Assembly (NCBI GenBank): GCA_041650775.1 | Contig: JBAZKO010000001.1 | Location: 134,008-198,007 of the forward strand | Source: Patescibacteria group bacterium | GTDB taxonomy: Bacteria > Patescibacteriota > Patescibacteriia > Patescibacteriales > UBA12465 | DNA: 64,000 bases | Direction of reading: 5' to 3' | Shown here: positions 57,709 to 64,000 of the stretch, piece after piece | Position numbering within the stretch: position 1 is the stretch's first letter | How the letters are laid out: each line of letters starts with the position of its first letter | Notes under the pieces: generated by a model | Told to the model about the DNA's origin: nothing | Database searches by the model: none | The model's input: the letters and a program-made list of their open reading frames with translations, nothing else | Made by a program: the position numbers and the translations under genes

Positions 57709-59265
57709 TTATTTTTGGTTCTCAGTTTTTGGCCGGCGTATTCCCAAAAGCCAAGTCCGCTTCTCTAGCCAGTCGCCCAGAATGACTACAAATAAGGTAT
57801 GAGTGATAACAATCGCGCTAAAAAGCGAAACGGCGATACCAATGAATAAAGTTGTGCCAAAGCCCTGGATGGTCGAAGTGCCGAAGAACATTAAGATCAA
57901 ACAAGTGATAATTGTCGAAACATTGCCGTCGCGGATGGACGGCCAGGCGCGTTTGAAACCGTCATTAACGGCTTGGCTAACCGATTTACCCGCTTTCAAT
58001 TCTTCCCGGGTACGGGAAAAAATCAGAATGTTCGCATCGACGGCCATACCGATGGAAAGGATAAAGCCGGCGATTCCGGAAAGGGACAAAGTCACCGGTT
58101 TTAACGCGTAAAAGAATAAAAGCAGACCGATAACGGCAAACAGTAGGGCTAGGGTACCATTGAATATCTTTAGCTCGTTAAAAGTATAGAAAATCAACCC
58201 GACCATAATAATGACTAAAGCCAAGGCCAGCCAAACCGGCAAGGCTTTAAAAATCGCCAAAACCGTCAGACCGTAAACCAATAAGGACAAAACCGACAGT
58301 AAGCCTGGCAGACGGTAATATAAAATCATAAACAGAGAAACGAGCAAGAGACCGATTAAACCGGCTTTTAAGCTATTATCAATCGATTTTGAACCCAAAC
58401 TGGCCTCCACTGTTTTCTGAGAAATCAAGCTAATCGGCACGGGTAGAGCACCGGAATTAAGTCTTTTTACTAATAATTTTGCTTCCTCCACATCAAAACG
58501 ACCGGAAATCACGGCCTGACCGCCGGTAATTTTGTCGTTAACGGTCGGCGCGCTGATTACATAACCGTCCAGAAAAATAGCGACCGGTTTGCCGATATTG
58601 CGGGCAGTTATATCTTCAAATAATTTTGCCCCTTCGGCATCGAATTCTAAAGAAACTTCCGCCGAACCGTCATTAGGATTAAACTGCACAGACGAACGTT
58701 TTAAATATTTTCCGGTCAATTCAGTATTTTTCCAACTGGTGCTTAAATCCAGATTAATCTCGGAAGAGGTGGCCTCGATAGTTTGAGCGGCGCCGGATAC
58801 TTGTTCCTTAAATTCCAAAATAGGTGTTTCGCCGATAGTCTTAATCGCTTCGCTCACATCTTTGATGCCTGCCAGTTCGGCAATAATCCGATACTCGCCA
58901 TTAGCGCTTTTATTTACCTGCACTACCGGCTCGCTAACGCCGAAAGCGTTAACCCGGCGTTCGATGACATCGCGGGCGGACTCCATAGCGCCGGCGCGGT
59001 CGGCCTCGGGAATATTTTTAACATCGGCCTGATAAACCAAATGAGCGCCACCCTGCAAATCTAAGCCCAGACTGAAAGGAATTTCTTTAATCTGAGGCAA
59101 AACTATAATATTGTTGGTTTTCGCGGCCAAATTTTTAACCAGATTATTGTAACCGTTGCCACCCGTCGTTATCCCGACAACTACGGCGAAAACTATAATG
59201 AGCGCTAAAATCCACCAGGCTTTAGCCCGGACTGACAGCTTGGAAAATCTTTGAATAAGGGTCAT
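57709..59265 (-). CDS. secD: protein translocase subunit SecD
   Basis: LGLDLQGGAHLVYQAD motif, a periplasmic domain and a C-terminal six-TM bundle. ATG 59265 is preferred to TTG 59304. Confidence 0.93.
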   Translation of the reverse strand: MTLIQRFSKLSVRAKAWWILALIIVFAVVVGITTGGNGYNNLVKNLAAKTNNIIVLPQIKEIPFSLGLDLQGGAHLVYQADVKNIPEADRAGAMESARDVIERRVNAFGVSEPVVQVNKSANGEYRIIAELAGIKDVSEAIKTIGETPILEFKEQVSGAAQTIEATSSEINLDLSTSWKNTELTGKYLKRSSVQFNPNDGSAEVSLEFDAEGAKLFEDITARNIGKPVAIFLDGYVISAPTVNDKITGGQAVISGRFDVEEAKLLVKRLNSGALPVPISLISQKTVEASLGSKSIDNSLKAGLIGLLLVSLFMILYYRLPGLLSVLSLLVYGLTVLAIFKALPVWLALALVIIMVGLIFYTFNELKIFNGTLALLFAVIGLLLFFYALKPVTLSLSGIAGFILSIGMAVDANILIFSRTREELKAGKSVSQAVNDGFKRAWPSIRDGNVSTIITCLILMFFGTSTIQGFGTTLFIGIAVSLFSAIVITHTLFVVILGDWLEKRTWLLGIRRPKTENQK

Positions 59266-59389
59266 AAGATTATTTAGATGAAAATAAGACCGAAAACCGG
59301 CCAATAAAAAACTAATTTATACTTATTAAACTTTAGTATATTTTAGAATAAATAAAAATAAAAATCAAGACTGGATTATTAATCTGGCC

Positions 59390-59418
59390 TTTACAAAATC
59401 CGCTTTTTCGGCTATACT
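59390..59418 (+). promoter_or_regulatory. candidate clpP promoter TTTACA-17-TATACT
   Basis: Read directly, 37 nt upstream of the clpP ATG. Confidence 0.6.
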
Positions 59419-59455
59419 TAAAATCTATAATAAACAATTAATCATATAAACTATT

Positions 59456-60046
59456 ATGCCCCTAATTCCTACTGTCATTGAAAAAGAAGGACAAATAGAA
59501 CGAGCTTACGATATCTATTCCCGTCTTCTGAAAGACCGGATAATTTTCTTGGGCGAACCTATAGACGATCATGTCGCCAACATTATTATCGCGCAGTTTC
59601 TGTTTCTGGATGCCGAGAATAAAGACGCGGATATTAAATTCTATATCAACTCTCCAGGCGGTTCGGTCAGTGCTGGTCTGGCGATTTACGATACCATGCA
59701 ATATATCAAATCCGACGTTTCCACGATTTGTGTCGGTTTGGCTGCCTCTATGGCTTCCGTTCTTCTGGCCGCCGGCAAGCCGGGCAAAAGATTTGCTCTG
59801 CCGAACAGTGAAATTATGATCCACCAAATCATGGGCGGGGCGGAAGGCCAAGCCTCGGACATTAAAATACGAGCGGAACATATTTTAAAAATCAAAGATA
59901 AAATGAATAAAATTCTGGCGGCGCATACCGGGCAGAAAGTGGCGACCGTAGAGCATGACAGCGACCGCGATAATTATATGTCCGCGGCCGAAGCGCAAAA
60001 ATACGGAATTATTGATAAGATTATCGGAAAATCCAATTTAAATTAA
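59456..60046 (+). CDS. clpP: ATP-dependent Clp protease proteolytic subunit
   Basis: 196 aa. The catalytic Ser context is [11 protein letters not shown], the His context is IMIHQ, and the Asp context is DSDRDNYM. Confidence 0.96.
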   Translation: MPLIPTVIEKEGQIERAYDIYSRLLKDRIIFLGEPIDDHVANIIIAQFLFLDAENKDADIKFYINSPGGSVSAGLAIYDTMQYIKSDVSTICVGLAASMASVLLAAGKPGKRFALPNSEIMIHQIMGGAEGQASDIKIRAEHILKIKDKMNKILAAHTGQKVATVEHDSDRDNYMSAAEAQKYGIIDKIIGKSNLN

Positions 60047-60074
60047 AATCTAACCCCGGAACCACAATCATAAC

Positions 60075-60103
60075 AAAAACTCTTCCGTCAGGAAGAGTTT
60101 TTT
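60075..60103 (+). terminator. intrinsic terminator after clpP (ACTCTTCC-GTCA-GGAAGAGT + T5)
   Basis: 8-bp perfect stem and a T-run, read directly. Confidence 0.85.
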
Positions 60104-60152
60104 AGTTTCAAAATCTGTTTTTGAAAACAATTAACGACCGCTAAAATTTATT

Positions 60153-61184
60153 TTACCGGAAAGCCAAAGAATTTATCATCAGCCGAAAAATATTAGGATA
60201 GGTAAGACGGCCGGAAACCGCGGGAATGTAAGAAATCACTAAAATATTCTTATGGTCTTTATCCGCCAGATAAAAATTAAGGTTATCCCGCCCCATGATT
60301 CCGTCCCAGGTATCCGCGGTTTTTAATCGATCATAGCCGACGGTTTCTTCCGGGAAAGATTCTTCGTACCAGCTCAGGATACTGGCTTTATCCGGATTAT
60401 CCTGAACCGAGATCTGGATCAGAGAATCGTCGGGAGCGGTAAAGACGGTCGTGGCGTCATTATTCAAAGACGAGACCGGCCAAATCTTGGGAGACAATAA
60501 ATGATAACCAAAAACTTTATCATCATACCCGGTAAGATTCCCATTGGCGTCCAGACGGCCGGTACCGGCCGGGTTATAATTATTATTGACTTCGACCAAA
60601 TCCGGATAACCGTTGCCGTTGGAATCGGCCGAAACTGGAGAGGTCCCCAAAACCGTCTCTTCCTCGTCGCCCAAGCCGTCATTATCACTGTCTAAAAGCG
60701 GCGGCAGATTACTACCGTCCCGGCCAGATGATTCCTCATTCATCACGATTTCCGTTGAAGAAGAGGTGGTAACCGCCAAGTCCAAAATCGCGGGCGTGGC
60801 TGTCGATAAATCAGCGGGCGGCGTTAAAATCGGCGCGGCCACCGGCGCGTTAATTTTAGTTTCAGCTTCGGACGAAGTCGCCGTTATCGTGACCGGGGCA
60901 TTAGGTTGTCCGGCGGTCGGCTTAATAATAAACCGATAACTCAAATAAACAATAGCACCGATAACAACCAGACCGAGGACGATTATCAACAAACCGACGG
61001 TTTTAAAATTATTTCCGGCGGCGGACGGAATTAAACTAGCGGAAGAAGAAACTGGGGCTTTCCGGCTAAACCCGGTGCCGCTTAATTTCGCCGGGCTGGG
61101 CATATTATGGATTATCAAATCGGGACTGGAGACTTCCTGACTCGTGGCCGGTTCGGGAATTATTTTTTTATTTTTATTAAACAT
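60153..61184 (-). CDS. single-pass membrane protein with thrombospondin-type-3-like Ca-binding repeats and a C-terminal globular domain
   Basis: 343 aa. The N-terminal cytoplasmic tail is followed by a TM helix (VGLLIIVLGLVVIGAIVYL) and a Pro/Thr/Ala linker. DSDNDGLGDEEE and DSNGNGYPDLVE repeats follow. Confidence 0.65.
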   Translation of the reverse strand: MFNKNKKIIPEPATSQEVSSPDLIIHNMPSPAKLSGTGFSRKAPVSSSASLIPSAAGNNFKTVGLLIIVLGLVVIGAIVYLSYRFIIKPTAGQPNAPVTITATSSEAETKINAPVAAPILTPPADLSTATPAILDLAVTTSSSTEIVMNEESSGRDGSNLPPLLDSDNDGLGDEEETVLGTSPVSADSNGNGYPDLVEVNNNYNPAGTGRLDANGNLTGYDDKVFGYHLLSPKIWPVSSLNNDATTVFTAPDDSLIQISVQDNPDKASILSWYEESFPEETVGYDRLKTADTWDGIMGRDNLNFYLADKDHKNILVISYIPAVSGRLTYPNIFRLMINSLAFR

Positions 61185-61409
61185 AAAGAAACGGAAGTAA
61201 AATTATTGCCAAAAGATCGAGAAAGCAACCAAAACCATCAACCCAAAAACCAGTATTGCCAAAAACAGCCATTTTTTAAAATGGCGGTCGGAAGTCTGTG
61301 GCATAGTATGTAAATTCAAAGATAAGCGCGGCCGGGCTTTCTGGCCGGCAAAAATATTCGACCGGGGCCGCGCTTTAAGGGGTTGATTGGTCAACATAAG
61401 AAAAATAAT

Positions 61410-62204
61410 TTAGAAGCCGACGGCCGGAGTCGAGGACGCGCCAGCTAACATTCCTTTGCCATTGGGGTTATAACCGCCCTTTACTTCCACACCGTCCAGA
61501 TAACCATCGCCGTCCGTATCGGCCACCAGCGGATTGGTCTTATAGATTTTTACCTCCTCATAATCGCTCAGGCCGTCAACATCGGTATCAATCACATTAA
61601 TATTAGTGCCAGCGGTTTTTTCTTCGCTATCAGTTAAACCGTCGGAATCAGAATCAATCAAGGAAACGACCGGCGTCACTGAAGTTTCCGCGGTCGTCGT
61701 GGGAACGGAAAGCGCCGGGACGTTCACTCCGGGAATTTCCGGTATCACCGAAGAAGAATCGGTTGGCGATTCAGGATTAACAGTGCTTAAATTTTCGCCG
61801 GTCGGCTTAACGAACGATCCGGTTTCCGCCGGAGCCGGCGTTGAGGTCGTCGTATCTTTAACGACCGGAGCGGGAGCCAGATCGACCGGAGCGGCGTTAA
61901 AAAATTTAGTGTAAGCCAAATAGCCGCCTAAAACCAAAATCGCGGCGATAATCAAAATTAAAACAATCTTAAACCATTTGCCGGCGGCGGCGGATTCCGG
62001 CGCTTCTTCGGCGGCTTGGCCCTCCGCGGTCAGACCGATTCTCTGCGTTTCAATTTCGCCGCCGGACGCGGAAGAGGAAGAAACAGAACTCGGCGAACCG
62101 GCGGTATTAAGAGCGCCGCCTTCCTGAGATTTATCGGTTTCGGCAAAAATGTCATCCACGGCCGGACGATTTTGACCGCCGACATTGTTTAAATTGTTGA
62201 ACAT
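61410..62204 (-). CDS. single-pass membrane protein with three thrombospondin-type-3-like repeats
   Basis: 264 aa with the same architecture. TM helix (IVLILIIAAILVLGGYLAY), a linker, then DSDSDGLTDSEE, DTDVDGLSDYEE and DTDGDGYLDGVE. Confidence 0.7.
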   Translation of the reverse strand: MFNNLNNVGGQNRPAVDDIFAETDKSQEGGALNTAGSPSSVSSSSASGGEIETQRIGLTAEGQAAEEAPESAAAGKWFKIVLILIIAAILVLGGYLAYTKFFNAAPVDLAPAPVVKDTTTSTPAPAETGSFVKPTGENLSTVNPESPTDSSSVIPEIPGVNVPALSVPTTTAETSVTPVVSLIDSDSDGLTDSEEKTAGTNINVIDTDVDGLSDYEEVKIYKTNPLVADTDGDGYLDGVEVKGGYNPNGKGMLAGASSTPAVGF

Positions 62205-62298
62205 ATTTTTTCTTTTTAGTTACATTTTCTAGATACTTAAAATTATAACCGATAATATCACTTTTGGCCAATTATTATATTAATCATCCCCACCTCGA

Positions 62299-62622
62299 TT
62301 ACTTGGCCGGAGTCTGACGCGGGCTAATCGAACCGATTTGCGCCGGACTCAAAACAATATCACTGTCATTATTTATTACCTTATAGACCATCACTTCCCC
62401 CTTTTCATTCTCTTTTAAGGATTGAATTTTTGTTTCCGGCGCTATCCCCAGCTTTTCTTTGGCGGCGTCGTCCAAAAATTTCGGAGCGACGACCGTCGGC
62501 TCAGAAAATTGTCCGCCGGGTAGCGGTCCGGAAGTTTTTTTAATAATCAGAATCACTAAAATGACAATAAGAATAATCGCGGCGGCGAGAGAAATGCTAA
62601 TTATTTTTTTAAGTTTAGTCAT
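62299..62622 (-). CDS. small N-terminally anchored protein, unknown function
   Basis: 107 aa with one TM helix (ISISLAAAIILIVILVILII) and a short soluble domain. It lies between the Cys-rich gene and the TSP3 genes. Confidence 0.5.
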   Translation of the reverse strand: MTKLKKIISISLAAAIILIVILVILIIKKTSGPLPGGQFSEPTVVAPKFLDDAAKEKLGIAPETKIQSLKENEKGEVMVYKVINNDSDIVLSPAQIGSISPRQTPAK

Positions 62623-62649
62623 ATTTTAAATTTAGACGTGTTTATAATA

Positions 62650-64000
62650 CTAAACTCCCGGCCAGATGTAAGCTCCATTTGAATTTTTATAAGGATGACA
62701 AGTACTATTGCTCGGGGTGCAACAATTATATTCTTCCCAGTCACTACCGCTATGCCCGCCGCAAACTTTCCCAGAGGCGCAAGTTCCACAGGTTCCGCCA
62801 CACCCATCCGGACCGCATTCCATCATACTGGCGCCACTGGAATAATTGTTGGTTACCGCGGCCGGCAGACAATTTGAATAGCCAGTGCACTGATAATTAG
62901 TTACATACGAACCGCTGTAATGCACATAGCCATAAGTATCAATATAGCGACATTTTCCTAAACCTTCACCGGCTTCAGGACAAATTTTATAAGTATAAAG
63001 CGGTGAAGACATGTAACTACATTTCGGAGTACAACAAGTAGCAGTAACTCCGCTGACGCACCTCTGCCCGTCAGCGCAAACATCCTGAGAACCTATGCCG
63101 GAAGGTGAGCCACAGGTTCCGCCGCAACCGTCCGGAACGCCGCCGCATTTTCCAACACAATCTAATTTACAACAAGTTCCTACGCCTAGAGTTCCAGGAT
63201 TTTCATTACAATCCGGTTTATCCGCAGAACAATTAACCGTACCATTACATGATCCGGTGCAACCATCTGAGGCTCCGCCGCACTTATTAGTACAATCCGG
63301 AGTACAAGGTTTATAACATAGTCCTGTCGTTTGGTTACAAACTGGTTTATCGGCAGGGCAATTATTATTCGTTCCCGCCTGGCCGCAAATACGGCCACAA
63401 CCGCCATTGACACCACCGCATTTCCCGTCACAATAACCAGCCGAAACATGACAGCAAGCGTTAGCGTAACAATTATTATACGAATCATAGGTGCAGGTAT
63501 CGGTCCCATTGGTCAGAGAACAAGCTATTCCATAGAGATCATCCAGAGCGCCGCCGCATTTTCCGGTACAATTAGGAGCCACACAGCGCTGATAATTAAC
63601 TACCTTCGTACTGTTATTATTGCAGAACGGCGTCGGGGCGGAACAATTATTATTCGTACCGGCCGTACCGCAGGCCAGAGAGGAAGATTTTGTTCCTGTG
63701 ACTATAATGTTCCCCGCCGCATTTCCCGAATAATGCCGATATTCTCCGGGGATTAGGTAACTGCCGCATTTCCCCGTACAATTTTCTTTAAGGGCTAGAC
63801 ACTCATAAGCCGAGTTGCATTCGGTTCCCTGGCCATAGGTATTCGGACAAGTATAATCGGCGGTCCCGCATTTAAATCTCCCTGTACTGCTACAACCCCG
63901 ATCATAATTACCGCACCGCCCGAAACAACTTTCCAAATAGCAACAGGAGTTATCGTTAGCACACTGCATCGGCTGGAGAGTTCCGTCCGGATAATACTGC
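62650..64000 (-). CDS. very cysteine-rich repeat protein (5' end outside window)
   Basis: The frame is open to the window edge, and the ATG at 63969 is probably internal. By hand count there are about 60 Cys in the 439 residues after that Met. Recurrent units are C-x-[GN]-K-C-G-[GS] (5 times) and DGCGG-x-CG. Confidence 0.7.
   Translation of the reverse strand, partial: QYYPDGTLQPMQCANDNSCCYLESCFGRCGNYDRGCSSTGRFKCGTADYTCPNTYGQGTECNSAYECLALKENCTGKCGSYLIPGEYRHYSGNAAGNIIVTGTKSSSLACGTAGTNNNCSAPTPFCNNNSTKVVNYQRCVAPNCTGKCGGALDDLYGIACSLTNGTDTCTYDSYNNCYANACCHVSAGYCDGKCGGVNGGCGRICGQAGTNNNCPADKPVCNQTTGLCYKPCTPDCTNKCGGASDGCTGSCNGTVNCSADKPDCNENPGTLGVGTCCKLDCVGKCGGVPDGCGGTCGSPSGIGSQDVCADGQRCVSGVTATCCTPKCSYMSSPLYTYKICPEAGEGLGKCRYIDTYGYVHYSGSYVTNYQCTGYSNCLPAAVTNNYSSGASMMECGPDGCGGTCGTCASGKVCGGHSGSDWEEYNCCTPSNSTCHPYKNSNGAYIWPGV

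Noticed and set aside
61203-61397. 64-aa minus-strand ORF between the two TSP3 genes (internal Met gives a 33-aa TM peptide MPQTSDRHFKKWLFLAILVFGLMVLVAFSIFWQ).
   Set aside because: It was not listed as a feature because there is no independent support (no motif, and the start is unclear). It may be a real small membrane protein and is mentioned in the surface-cluster finding.
62619-62807. 62-aa minus-strand ORF overlapping the 3' end of the Cys-rich gene and the 107-aa gene start.
   Set aside because: It is an out-of-frame overlap with two better-supported genes and has hydrophobic low-complexity sequence typical of an alternative frame.

Overview
This is a gene-dense, mostly minus-strand chromosomal window from a bacterium. 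Compact genes, several single-TM surface proteins and class III RNR suggest a small-genome Patescibacteria/CPR-like anaerobe, but that is inference only. Recognisable content in coordinate order: miaA-miaB; three large envelope or GT-C-like membrane proteins; mltG; a small cytidylyltransferase; groES-groEL with a CIRCE operator; uppP. Next comes a complete F-type ATP synthase set (atpI-like, B, E, F, H / A, G, D, C), split by a 488-bp gap carrying an opposite-strand ORF. Then tatD, and a CIRCE-controlled hrcA-grpE-hsp20-dnaK-dnaJ operon whose GrpE has an extra N-terminal domain. After that: PBP2; an OmpR-type regulator, histidine kinase and MgtA-like P-type ATPase; two orphan AT-rich genes; a GC-rich hairpin element carrying an exact copy of the tRNA-Gln 3' end; tRNA-Gln. 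Then ftsE-ftsX with a DPBB/S11-peptidase fusion; tRNA-Gly and tRNA-Thr; an ftsB-like gene; a processive GT2 synthase; a DEDD exonuclease; and a T4CP/HerA-like ATPase. The nrdR-nrdD-nrdG operon follows, with tandem NrdR boxes and an in-frame stop that separates the glycyl-radical segment. The remainder is ftsZ-ftsA; pilD plus two GT2 genes and a Wzy_C/TPR protein; acp-secF-secD; clpP; and a terminal cluster of TSP3-repeat surface proteins next to a very cysteine-rich repeat protein that runs off the window. No rRNA, CRISPR array, transposase or integrase was seen. All calls come from reading the sequence and translations by eye; no database search was run.
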